DNA from: Candidatus Kapaibacterium sp.
Lineage (GTDB): Bacteria > Bacteroidota > Ignavibacteria > Kapaibacteriales > UBA7675
NCBI GenBank assembly: GCA_028284775.1
Contig: JANQRB010000154.1
Location: 39,785 to 103,784, forward strand
DNA length: 64,000 nt
Direction of reading: 5' to 3'
Position 1 is the stretch's first letter; the number at the start of each line of letters is the position of its first letter. Under the pieces are notes generated by a model. That model was not told the DNA's origin. It saw nothing but the letters and a program-made list of their open reading frames with translations, and did not search any database. Made by a program: the position numbers and the translations under genes. This document shows positions 21,621-30,932 of this stretch, piece by piece.

Positions 21621-22083
21621 AGGGTAAATCCAGCTTTTCAGAGATAATCAGTGATTCTTGAAGTAGTGCCGAGTAATTATGGCAATGATATATGCGAAAT
21701 AATTCGTGAAAATCTGATACGGTTTAAGCGCAAATAATACAATAGATTGTATTCAATGACAACTAAAAAGTAGTCGATTGTGTTTCATTTAGGGCAGCTA
21801 TTTAGAGATGGCAATCATGCAAACCACGTTTAGTCATATAAAGCGAATTGAGTTAAAATTTTTTATTGCATCTATGTAATAATTTGAGCATTTTCAGCAC
21901 AAGTATTGACAAGAAATCGCTGATAAGAGCCAGAGATCTTTGAAAATTGAAGCGCCGCTATTCAGAAAGCTGATAAAACTAATGTAATAATCAGTGTAAA
22001 TCTGATACGACAACTCGCATAACAAAAGGCTACATTGTTGGCAGATATCCTGAGTGTCGTATTATAAGCTGTCGAGGCGTACT

Positions 22084-22290
22084 ATGGAAATTGTTGTAGC
22101 AATTCTGATATATATCGCAGTGATTGTAAGTCCCGGAGAGTATCTGCAGCAAGAAATTGATATGTTCATCGATCAGCATCAGGTTGAAATCGATCACATT
22201 CAACAGGATCCCGCGCAAATGGATGTGGTGCACAATGAATTTCTTCCGCAAGTTGAATTTGTAATAATTGATGCAGATCAGGAATATTGA
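22084..22290 (+). CDS. Small 68-aa acidic protein with hydrophobic N-terminus (putative exported peptide)
   Basis: GAGG about 7 nt before the ATG; MEIVVAILIYIAVIVSPG; 14 Asp/Glu and no Lys/Arg. Confidence 0.65.
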   Translation: MEIVVAILIYIAVIVSPGEYLQQEIDMFIDQHQVEIDHIQQDPAQMDVVHNEFLPQVEFVIIDADQEY

Positions 22291-22351
22291 AGAGTTATTG
22301 ACCAACAAAAGTTCGTTCAACTTCTCTTATCGGCGATAGTTGAAAGCAAAT

Positions 22352-22689
22352 TGCCAGAATACGACTGTGATAGCGGCGCCTACGTCAATTGCCACTGTAA
22401 TTCGTTCGAAAGCGAGTTGCAATAACGTAGGCGTTCTATCGATTTTTTTTGAAAATCTGAAAAGTGCCAAAATACGACTTGGATAGTGCTGTCTGTCTGA
22501 TCACTACTCTGAAATCCGGTCACCTCTTACTGTTAGATGGAGGCACTATCGTTTTTTTCGTGGTGAACGATAGAATTACGTTAGAATTAGAAGCGAAAAT
22601 ACGACTTGGATAGTGCTGTCTAACGCCTTGTCACTACTGTAGTCCCTAACCACCGGGCTATGTTCGGCGATAGACAGTCTATCTTTTTT
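22352..22689 (+). ncRNA. Tandem array of three structured RNA units (conserved box, long hairpin, U-tract)
   Basis: AATACGACT at 22358, 22471 and 22598, each followed by a GATAG...CTATC-closed covarying stem and 6-8 T. Confidence 0.7.
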
Positions 22690-23000
22690 AATATACCCCT
22701 AAAATCAACTTTCACAAAAAAAAGTTGCGAACGGGTATTTTGAACTTCCAATACTCGTCATCAGCGGACTGGTGCAGATTGTTATCTTCTCTAAGCTGAA
22801 CTTCGAAGCGGAATTTTGGTGGACTTTTGCCTCCACGCACTGCAAATCTGTTACCGTCGTTATGTTGACGCCAAGATTTCTCTCGTAAAGAGAGCTATCC
22901 GCATCTCGGATGCTCTGAATACCGGTAGCCTCTCAGACTAGAGTGGTTGTGTCCGCCAGTTGCATTTTCGCAAATACCTTGGCAACTATTTCTGAATCCA

Positions 23001-23030
23001 CGACTCGTGTGTGCCCGACTCGTGTGTGCC
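23001..23030. repeat. Perfect 15-bp tandem duplication
   Basis: CGACTCGTGTGTGCC twice. Confidence 0.9.
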
Positions 23031-23613
23031 TGATTACTCCATCGGATTTCCGTCAATGCTTGCCGTCCGGAGCTATTTCTGAAGGGGAGGTTCCCGGGCA
23101 AAGATGCCAACCGGACATTTGGGACAATGTCGGTTTTGATAGAGAAATAGTAAGGTCATTAAGCTGATTGATTCGTCGTGGCGGGCACCGTCCTGTTATC
23201 GTTCCGACCGGTTTGCCGGTTGTGGAAGCTTTTGCACGAAATGTTACCGACCGGCACAAATTGTACTTGTTTTTCAGGCGGCAGTTTTGTTTTTTCGATG
23301 TGCGAGATTGGATGGGATGTTGACCGCAAACAAATTTAGATCAGCGACACCGTAAAGCCGCTAAGCTTTAGTAAAGCAATAGTTGTTGGTACCATAGATA
23401 TTGTTGTGCCACATTTGATTTCGGAGGGTAGCCGTCGATTTGGATGACGTGCTTGTAAGAGGTGCCGAGTGATAGAGAAACCGTTTCCAAGCCACCAACA
23501 GTAGATTCTGAATCCAAACTACTGGGTGTTGTATCACTTCCCTTGAAAAAGCGGAGTTACAAAAAGAATATTCGCAACAGCTTGGCGTCTAAGAAAGTGT
23601 GTTTGCTCCTGAT

Positions 23614-23653
23614 GGCGGTGCGTCAAATTTTTTTGGCGTGCCGCTCTTTTTTT
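23614..23653 (+). terminator. Intrinsic terminator upstream of batB
   Basis: GCGGTGCGTCAAA / TTTGGCGTGCCGC stem followed by TCTTTTTTT. Confidence 0.65.
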
Positions 23654-23855
23654 AACTGCTGAATTACCACCTTTGAGCATCGATTAGCGTCTTACGACTC
23701 TCTTGAATTTTTTGTATCTTGGCGGTTTTTTCAACTAAAGCTCTTGCCATTTTTCCTTGGCATGATTCCGGGTGTTTGATGGTGTTTTTAAGACAGGCAA
23801 TGCCACAATCGAGCTTTGACAAGGTGTCCTCAAAATAGGAGTGTCGGCTGGATGT

Positions 23856-24905
23856 ATGTTTGAGATGATTCGCTTTCAGAACCCTGAGTATTTCTATGCT
23901 CTTGCCGCATTGCCCGGTATTGCAGTATTGTACGTCCTTGCGTCGCTCTGGCGCAAACGGGCTTTAAGTCGTTTTGGCGACCTTGCATTGCTGAGTAAGC
24001 TGCTTCCTGATGTCTCGCGCTGGCGGCCCATCCTAAAACTGGCTCTTGCTCTCAGTGCCACCTTGTTGCTGGTTCTGGGAATTGTCAACCCTCAGATCGG
24101 CACCAAACTTGAGGAAGTAAAACGCGAAGGTGTTGATATCATCATTGCGCTCGATGTTTCGAACAGTATGCGGGCCGAGGATATTACGCCCGAACGATTG
24201 CAGCGCGCGAAGGGTGCCATAGCCCGCCTGATCGATCGTCTGCGCAACGATCGTATCGGCTTGATTGTTTTCGCCGGTGAGGCCTTTGTCATGCTACCAT
24301 TGACCGCCGACTATGCCGCCGCCAAGCTCTTCCTTTCTTCCGTGGACACTGACATCGTTTCCAAGCAGGGGACGGCAATTGGCGCTTCGATAAAACTGGC
24401 GCGAGATGCATTTGAGTCGGAAGAGACTAAATTCAAGGCACTAATTATTATTACCGACGGTGAAAATCATGAAGACGATGCAGTCTCCGAAGCGGCGGAG
24501 GCTCATAAAGAAGGTGTCGTCATTCACGCTATTGGAATGGGTTCACCCGAAGGCGTGCCGATCCCACTCTACCTCAATGGCTCGCGGCGCGGATACCGCA
24601 AAGATCGCCAGGGCAACGTTATTGTAACGAAACTAAACGAAGCAATCCTGCGTCAGATTGCGGGCGCTGCTAATGGTACCTACGTGCGGGCAAGCAGCTC
24701 AGACGCCGGTCTCGACACAATACTTGACAAAATCAACACCATGGAGAAAAAGGAATTCGGCACGCGCGAATATTCTGATTTCGAAGACCGCTTCCAATGG
24801 TTTTTGATGGCTGCCTTCATTCTGTTGTTGCTGGAATTCCTGATAAGCCAACGCCGCAGCAAGTGGCTGGATGGTGTGACTCTCTTTAAAGGAGATGCGC
24901 AATGA
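23856..24905 (+). CDS. batB: BatB, VWA-domain membrane protein
   Basis: N-terminal TM segments, DVSNSM MIDAS motif, PLTADY, ITDGENHE. Confidence 0.88.
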   Translation: MFEMIRFQNPEYFYALAALPGIAVLYVLASLWRKRALSRFGDLALLSKLLPDVSRWRPILKLALALSATLLLVLGIVNPQIGTKLEEVKREGVDIIIALDVSNSMRAEDITPERLQRAKGAIARLIDRLRNDRIGLIVFAGEAFVMLPLTADYAAAKLFLSSVDTDIVSKQGTAIGASIKLARDAFESEETKFKALIIITDGENHEDDAVSEAAEAHKEGVVIHAIGMGSPEGVPIPLYLNGSRRGYRKDRQGNVIVTKLNEAILRQIAGAANGTYVRASSSDAGLDTILDKINTMEKKEFGTREYSDFEDRFQWFLMAAFILLLLEFLISQRRSKWLDGVTLFKGDAQ

Positions 24906-25906
24906 AAGTTTGTACGCTAATCTTCCTGCTTGCCTGCTGCCTTTGCATTCCCTTGTTCGCTCAAAGCGAACGACAGCTTGTTAGGGAGGGGAATGCCTTG
25001 TACCTGGAGGGCGAGTTCGACAAGGCTGAAGATAATTATCGTCAGTCACTTGAGACTGACGAACCATTGCCTGAGTCCGATTTTAATCTCGGCAATGCTC
25101 TCTACAAGCAGGAAAAGTACGATGAAGCAGCTAATTTCTATCGTTCGATGGCTTCGCGACAGGACATCGATGCCGCTACAGCGTCCAAAGCCTGGTATAA
25201 TCTCGGTAATGTTTTATTGCAAACCGAAAAGTATCGCGAAAGCGTCGAAGCATTCAGGCAGGCGCTGCGTCGCGTTCCAGGCGACCGTGATGCTAAATAC
25301 AATCTATCGTATGCGCTGAAAAAGCTCCGCGAGCAAGAGCAGAACCAAGACCAGCAGAACCAGGATCAGCAGAACCAGGACCAGCAGAACCAGGACCAGC
25401 AGAACCAGGACCAGCAGAACCAGGACCAGCAGAACCAGGACCAGCAGAACCAGGATCAGCAGAACCAGGATCAGCAGAACCAGGATCAGCAGAACCAGGA
25501 TCAGCAGAACCAGGACCAGCAGAACCAGGATCAGCAGAACCAGGACCAGCAAAACCAGGATCAGCAGAACCAGGATCAGCAGAACCAGGATCAGCAGAAC
25601 CAGGACCAGCAAAATCAAGGTCAACAAAACCAGGACCAACAAAGCCAGGATCAACAGCAGGCGGAGCAAAAAGATCAACAGCAGGCTGATGAGCAGCAGG
25701 CAGGCCAACAGGCTGAAGATCAGAGCAAAGCTCAGGATGAAACGGATCCGACTGAAAACCAGGCTCGGGCGGGCCAGCAGGCGATTACGATTTCAAAGCA
25801 GGATGCCTTACGCCTGTTACAGGCATTGTTAAATGATGAACAGGCTCTGCAGCAGCAAATGCGCAAGCGATTGGGGACCGGTGGCAAGGTGGAGAAAGAC
25901 TGGTAA
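24902..25906 (+). CDS. batC: BatC, TPR protein with Gln/Asn/Asp repeat linker
   Basis: FNLGNALY and YNLGN TPRs, AKYNL, C-terminal EKDW. Confidence 0.85.
   Translation: MKVCTLIFLLACCLCIPLFAQSERQLVREGNALYLEGEFDKAEDNYRQSLETDEPLPESDFNLGNALYKQEKYDEAANFYRSMASRQDIDAATASKAWYNLGNVLLQTEKYRESVEAFRQALRRVPGDRDAKYNLSYALKKLREQEQNQDQQNQDQQNQDQQNQDQQNQDQQNQDQQNQDQQNQDQQNQDQQNQDQQNQDQQNQDQQNQDQQNQDQQNQDQQNQDQQNQDQQNQDQQNQGQQNQDQQSQDQQQAEQKDQQQADEQQAGQQAEDQSKAQDETDPTENQARAGQQAITISKQDALRLLQALLNDEQALQQQMRKRLGTGGKVEKDW
25343..25657 (+). repeat. Coding 15-bp tandem repeat, about 21 NQDQQ units
   Basis: AACCAGGA(C/T)CAGCAG-type unit; 18 consecutive NQDQQ then NQGQQ, NQDQQ, SQDQQ. Confidence 0.95.
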
Positions 25907-25921
25907 AGGAAAGGAGTAGCT

Positions 25922-27748
25922 ATGTACAGACATTTGGCGGCTAACGCCGTTTTATTGTTCGTCGGTCTGATAATGCTTGTGCCCGGGATCGGGCTCCGGA
26001 ATCTTGATGCTCAGACTCTTAGCGCCAGCGTGGATCGCAATACGCTCGCTGCAGGAGAACGGCTAAGCGTTACATTCGAGATAAAAGGCGGGAGCGGTCG
26101 CAAATTCAAGGCACCGCCCTTTGAGGGATTTAACCTCTTGTCGGGCCCCAACCAGTCGTCTAACGTTACGATGATTAATGGTCAGGTTTCACAGACTATT
26201 AGTTATTCCTACGTATTACAGGCAACTCAGCAGGGCAAGTATACAATCAAGCCGGCTTCTGTCGAGATAAATGGCAAAACGTTTCGTTCCAAAGCCATTA
26301 GTGTCACGGTTAAAAAGGCATCGGCAAAGTCTTCGCAAGGTCAGAATGCGCAGCAATCAATGGACCTGAGCGAGCATATTTTCCTGCGCGTCAGGGCAGA
26401 CAAGCGCAAGGTATACCAGGGCGAGCAGATTGTAGTTTCCTATAAACTTTATACTCGATTTGAGCAATTTGCCGATTACGATATCAAACAACCGGACCTT
26501 AGCGGCTTTTGGGTACAGGAAATCGATAAAGACGATAACAAGGCGCAAATTGAAGTTCTTAATGGCGTCCGTTACCTTGTTCACACTCTTAAACATGCGG
26601 TACTGTTCCCGCAACGCAGCGGGGAACTGCAACTCGATCCGCTGGAATTCGAGTGTGTGGTGCGCGTACGTGCCCAGCAGAAGCGCCGCAGGCGGCGCAG
26701 TCTATTCGACGACTTTTTCGGCGAGAGTTATCAGAATGTTAAACACACGGCACGCAGCAAGGCAGTGAAGATTACTGTGCTGCCGCTCCCGGCCGCTGGC
26801 AAACCCGCCGATTTCAGTGGTGCGGTCGGCAAATTTACCCTCGCATCTTCTATCAGCAGCCAGGAAACAGCGGTCAATGAAGCCGTAACGTTCAAAATGA
26901 CAATCGCGGGCGATGGCAATATCAAGCTGCTCAATCGACCCGCTCCCTTTTTTCCCTCGGCCTTTGAGGGCTATGATCCCAAGACGAGCGAAAACATCAA
27001 AGTCTCAGCGAAAGGTGTCAGTGGCCGGCGCAGCTTCGAATATCTGCTTATTCCGCGCACTCCGGGCGAATACAAGATAGCCCCCGTGTCCTTTTCCTAT
27101 TTCGATCCCAAAAGCGAATCTTACATCAGCTTGCAGACAGATGAATATCTCATTCAGGTCGCGAAGGGAACAGGCGCCGGCGGCGCAGCAGTGGCGACGG
27201 GTATCAGCAGGGAAGACGTCGAAATCCTGAGCCGGGATATCAGTTTTATCAAAACCACATTGCCGGCTTTTCGGCGCCGGGAAGAGAGCTTTTATCAGTC
27301 TCCTCTTACTTATTCACTCCTTGCTGCGCCCCTATTCTTGTTTATAGGCTTCGTTTTCTACCTGCGGCGCAGCAATGAACTGCGTGGTAATGAGCTGCTT
27401 TCGCGCAACCGCAAAGCGACCAAACTTGCCCGCGGCAGACTGGCGCAGGCAAAGAAAGCTATGAGTGATGGTCGGCACGAAGTTTTTTATGATGAGGTCT
27501 CCAAAGCGCTTTGGGGATACTTGAGCGACAAATTATCAATTCCGCTTGCCGAATTAAACAAGGATAATGTAACAGCCGTCCTGCAGAGCCGCGCGGCGCA
27601 CGAAGAGACAATCGAACGATATCTCAGCACGCTCGATCATTGCGAATTCGCCCGTTTTGCGCCCGGCAGTCAGGCGGATCAGGACATGCAGCGGGTTTAC
27701 CAGTATGCCGTGGAGTTGTTGACGCAGATGGAGGAAGCACTGAAATGA
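25922..27748 (+). CDS. batD: BatD protein
   Basis: SGPNQSS..INGQ, VYQGEQ, FSGAVGKF, C-terminal TM and CEFARFAP. Confidence 0.88.
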   Translation: MYRHLAANAVLLFVGLIMLVPGIGLRNLDAQTLSASVDRNTLAAGERLSVTFEIKGGSGRKFKAPPFEGFNLLSGPNQSSNVTMINGQVSQTISYSYVLQATQQGKYTIKPASVEINGKTFRSKAISVTVKKASAKSSQGQNAQQSMDLSEHIFLRVRADKRKVYQGEQIVVSYKLYTRFEQFADYDIKQPDLSGFWVQEIDKDDNKAQIEVLNGVRYLVHTLKHAVLFPQRSGELQLDPLEFECVVRVRAQQKRRRRRSLFDDFFGESYQNVKHTARSKAVKITVLPLPAAGKPADFSGAVGKFTLASSISSQETAVNEAVTFKMTIAGDGNIKLLNRPAPFFPSAFEGYDPKTSENIKVSAKGVSGRRSFEYLLIPRTPGEYKIAPVSFSYFDPKSESYISLQTDEYLIQVAKGTGAGGAAVATGISREDVEILSRDISFIKTTLPAFRRREESFYQSPLTYSLLAAPLFLFIGFVFYLRRSNELRGNELLSRNRKATKLARGRLAQAKKAMSDGRHEVFYDEVSKALWGYLSDKLSIPLAELNKDNVTAVLQSRAAHEETIERYLSTLDHCEFARFAPGSQADQDMQRVYQYAVELLTQMEEALK

Positions 27749-28524
27749 GCCGATTTTGGTGGGGCGGATCGTTGTGTATCCTGGTTCCCTTTCTGATAGT
27801 CGGTCTTGTCATACCGGCTTTCGCCGAGCTTGAGTCGCAACTCTTCGAACAGGCCAACGAATTGTATCGCACCGGTGAGTTTGAGCAGGCGGCCGAACAC
27901 TATGAAAAGATTGTGACGGCGGGGTTTAGCGCCTCTGAATTGTTTTACAATCTCGGTAATACTTATTACAAACTCGGCAACATCCCGGCAGCCATACTTA
28001 ACTTTGAACGTGCCCGGAAACTAGCACCAAACGACCAGGATGTTCAACACAATCTTCAGCTGGCTCGAACCCTTATTGTCGATCAAATCGACGCGCTGCC
28101 GGAGTTTTTTCTCTCTCAATGGTGGCGCAGCCTGATTGAGCTTGCTCCTTCAACGACCTGGGCCGGCCTTGCGATAGCTTTGTTCTGGTGCTGCATCATA
28201 TTCTTTGCATTTATGATGGCGCTGCGCAAGGCAGCGGCACGAAAAGGATTTTTCATGCTTGGCGCCCTCAGCTTCGTCCTGTCTCTGCTTGTTTTCTTTA
28301 TTGCATTTCAGCAGAATGAGGCCGAAACGAATAGTCAGCATGCCATTATTTTTCAGCCCAGTGTCTATGTTAAAAGTGAACCCGATGCCCAGAGCACCGA
28401 TTTGTTTATTCTCCACGAAGGTACACGCGTTGAGCTCGGCTCCGACAATGGTGAGTGGCGACGCATCACAATCGCCAGTGGCGAGAGCGGCTGGATCCCG
28501 GCCGACGCACTGAGAGAGATCTAG
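27745..28524 (+). CDS. batE: BatE, TPR plus SH3 protein
   Basis: FYNLGNTYYK TPR, two TM segments, LHEGT...W..I...GWIP SH3-like end. Confidence 0.88.
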   Translation: MSRFWWGGSLCILVPFLIVGLVIPAFAELESQLFEQANELYRTGEFEQAAEHYEKIVTAGFSASELFYNLGNTYYKLGNIPAAILNFERARKLAPNDQDVQHNLQLARTLIVDQIDALPEFFLSQWWRSLIELAPSTTWAGLAIALFWCCIIFFAFMMALRKAAARKGFFMLGALSFVLSLLVFFIAFQQNEAETNSQHAIIFQPSVYVKSEPDAQSTDLFILHEGTRVELGSDNGEWRRITIASGESGWIPADALREI

Positions 28525-28685
28525 TGTTGTTTCAAATTAGTTGATTTCAGGTCCTCCTCATTTTGCAAGAGGGTTTGTGGAGTAAAGGAAACTGCGAATA
28601 CTCGAAACCTCTCCTCGTTCGGCGCTCAGTCCACGCCTCACCTCTTGCCCCGAGAGGAGGAGCAAATGCATTTAAAGAGCACTGG
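28521..28685. mobile_element. MITE-like element, degenerate copy
   Basis: Starts CTAGTGTTGTTTCAAATTAGTT, similar to the element at 59996; eroded right end ATTTAAAGAGCACTGG. Confidence 0.6.
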
Positions 28686-28848
28686 AAGCTAGATTCCCGC
28701 GACGAGGGCATCCGGAGGTTTCAAATGCGCTCGTCATCGCTTAACAAGGCTAGAGACCGGCGAGCCCCGATGACAGGCTTAGCAGTTGATTTTGACTCTT
28801 GCCCTTGCAGTTTCTCCACCAAAAAATGGTGGAGTGAGGTGGCATTTC

Positions 28849-29853
28849 TCAGGGAGTTGTGCGAAACACTGAGTAGCGTCCGAGCAGTTCCAGGAGCAGC
28901 AGCAGTCCGGCCGCGAGCGCGAAAGGCAGGAATTCTTCTGTGTGACGCTTAAACTCGGTGACTTCGATGCGCGTCTTTTCCAGCTGATCGATTTCATCAT
29001 AAATCTTGGCCAGATCTTTATTGCTGGTTGCCCGAAAGTAGCGGCCGTCTGTTTTTTGCGCGATCTCCGTTAACACGTCTTCATCAATCTTGACTTCTAC
29101 CTGCTGATATTGCATTCCAAAGGGCGTTTTGACCGGTCGTTGAGCAACGCCCTTGGTGCCGATGCCGATGGTATAAACCCGAACCCCGAAAGTAACGGCG
29201 ATTTCAGCAGCTGTTAGTGGGGCGATCGCGCCTGCATTGTTGACGCCGTCGGTTAACAGAATCACGACTTTGCTGATGGCATCGCTATCCTTTAGTCTGC
29301 TGACGGCTGTCGCGAGACCGGCGCCTATTGCGGTGCGGCTGCCGAGCTGACTGCCGAGCTCGAGATCTTCGAGTGTCGTGAGTACGACGCTGTGATCTGT
29401 GGTTAAGGGACATTGCGTAAAGCTGCGTTCGCCAAAGGCTACAAGGCCGATTCGGTCATCCTGCCGTTCGTCGATAAAATCCGCCGCGACATCTTTGGCG
29501 GCTTCCAGCCGATTCGGCTTTAAGTCGACAGCATCCATACTCTGCGAAATGTCGATCGCCATCACGACGTCGATCCCTTCGGTGGTGATGTTTTCGCCGC
29601 TGGTGCTGGACTGCGGACGCGCAAGAGCCAGAATCAAAAGCGACAGCGATGCGATACGAAGGATCGGCGGCAGCAGGCGCAGACGCTGACGAATCGACGG
29701 CCGGGTATGAGCGAAGCCTTCGAGCGTCGACATTTGCAGGTCGGCGAATTGTCGCTTGCGACGCCACCAGTACCACAGGACAATCAAGGGTATGAGGGCG
29801 TACAAGGCAAAGAACTCCGGCTGCGCAAATTCAATTGCGTTGAAATCTATCAT
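28849..29853 (-). CDS. batA: BatA, VWA-domain protein
   Basis: LARPQ, DISQSM, PNRLEAAK, QCPLTTDH, LLTDGVNNAG, DQLEK. Confidence 0.92.
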   Translation of the reverse strand: MIDFNAIEFAQPEFFALYALIPLIVLWYWWRRKRQFADLQMSTLEGFAHTRPSIRQRLRLLPPILRIASLSLLILALARPQSSTSGENITTEGIDVVMAIDISQSMDAVDLKPNRLEAAKDVAADFIDERQDDRIGLVAFGERSFTQCPLTTDHSVVLTTLEDLELGSQLGSRTAIGAGLATAVSRLKDSDAISKVVILLTDGVNNAGAIAPLTAAEIAVTFGVRVYTIGIGTKGVAQRPVKTPFGMQYQQVEVKIDEDVLTEIAQKTDGRYFRATSNKDLAKIYDEIDQLEKTRIEVTEFKRHTEEFLPFALAAGLLLLLELLGRYSVFRTTP

Positions 29854-30917
29854 TGTTCTGTCTGCTCTGTCGTTTGTTCGTTTTCTACCAGCATTGTCGC
29901 CTGAACAAACTCGTAGGTATTTTTGATACTCAGGTCATTGTCGTTGGGTAGCGGCCGTTCTTTGGCAAACTTGACCAGGTCCGCCAGGGACAGTGCCTGT
30001 CGCAATTTCGCGAGGAGGCTGTTGTCGATGCTCGTACTGCGCATCAGGGCATCCAGGATCTCGTCCGTTGTCGATTCCAGGGCCAGAACGGCAAAACGCT
30101 CTTCAATGTATTGCCGTGCTATATGCGCGATTCTCGTGTGATACTCTTTAACCCGTCCATTCTGCCATAGCTTATCTTTTTCCAGCGCCCGCAGCGCTTC
30201 GAGAGCCACATCGTGCGGCGGACGTTTCAGCGGACGGGGAATGAAGGCCTGCTTCTCGACCGGCTTGCGCCGCGACCAATAGGCAATCAATGCTGTCAGA
30301 GCGGCTACTATAGTAAGCGCGAGAACGATCCAATGCCAGATTTCCCAAATTGACCAGGGAACGTCCAAAGGATCTTTGATATCGCGGATATCCGAGTCGA
30401 GATCGACCTCTTCCATTGCTACTTCGAACACTAAGGGCTCGGTGGCGATGGTGTCGGCCTGCTGCGCGTCCACGTACCGCACGACAAATTGAAGGGCGGG
30501 CAGGCCGAAATAGCCTCCGTCGAACATCGCCACGGTCAATGACTGCTGAATGTGGATGCGGCCTTCCTGTTCGCTGGTGTCACGGCGACTGCGATCAAAA
30601 ACATCGAGCGCGGCGAACTCCGGCGAATGCCGCGCAACATCCTCAGGCGACTCCTGCAGCATCGACTCGTCGAGTTTCAGCAGGGGCAGCGAATCGGCGA
30701 TCAAGGGCCAATGAACCTCACTGCCGCTGGGGTAGCTAAGATCGATTTGCAGCGTAACCTGATCACCCAGCTGAAATCTGCTGCTGTCCATTCGGGCCGT
30801 GACCTTCGGCGGTTCCGAGGCCGATAAGCGGATCAGGCTGCTTAACAGAAGCACGAGAACGATGAGCCCGCCGCTTCGGCGGTATCCGGCTCGACTGTCG
30901 CAATAGCATCGATTCAT
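29850..30917 (-). CDS. Bat-operon membrane protein (DUF4381-like)
   Basis: IRDIK, TM helix, ALESTTDE, ADLVKFAK; position between DUF58 and batA. Confidence 0.8.
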   Translation of the reverse strand: MNRCYCDSRAGYRRSGGLIVLVLLLSSLIRLSASEPPKVTARMDSSRFQLGDQVTLQIDLSYPSGSEVHWPLIADSLPLLKLDESMLQESPEDVARHSPEFAALDVFDRSRRDTSEQEGRIHIQQSLTVAMFDGGYFGLPALQFVVRYVDAQQADTIATEPLVFEVAMEEVDLDSDIRDIKDPLDVPWSIWEIWHWIVLALTIVAALTALIAYWSRRKPVEKQAFIPRPLKRPPHDVALEALRALEKDKLWQNGRVKEYHTRIAHIARQYIEERFAVLALESTTDEILDALMRSTSIDNSLLAKLRQALSLADLVKFAKERPLPNDNDLSIKNTYEFVQATMLVENEQTTEQTEQ

Positions 30918-30932
30918 ACTGCGGTCCTCCTC

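Noticed and set aside
22358..22613. Array box AATACGACT..ATAG resembles the T7 promoter TAATACGACTCACTATAG
   Set aside because: The central bases differ, the spacing is one nt shorter, no phage RNA polymerase or vector sequence is present, and GATAG is part of a covarying stem; treated as coincidence
22352..22689. CRISPR array
   Set aside because: Repeats are imperfect, the period of 113-127 nt is too long, the variable parts are self-complementary, and there are no cas genes
22352..22689. Y RNAs, given an end-paired stem with U tail and rtcB in the window
   Set aside because: No Ro-binding GGUCCGA/UUGACC-type helix and no Ro60/TROVE gene in the window
25304..25708. Leu/Val/Ile-rich 134-aa ORF on the minus strand
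   Set aside because: Antisense shadow of the batC NQDQQ repeat
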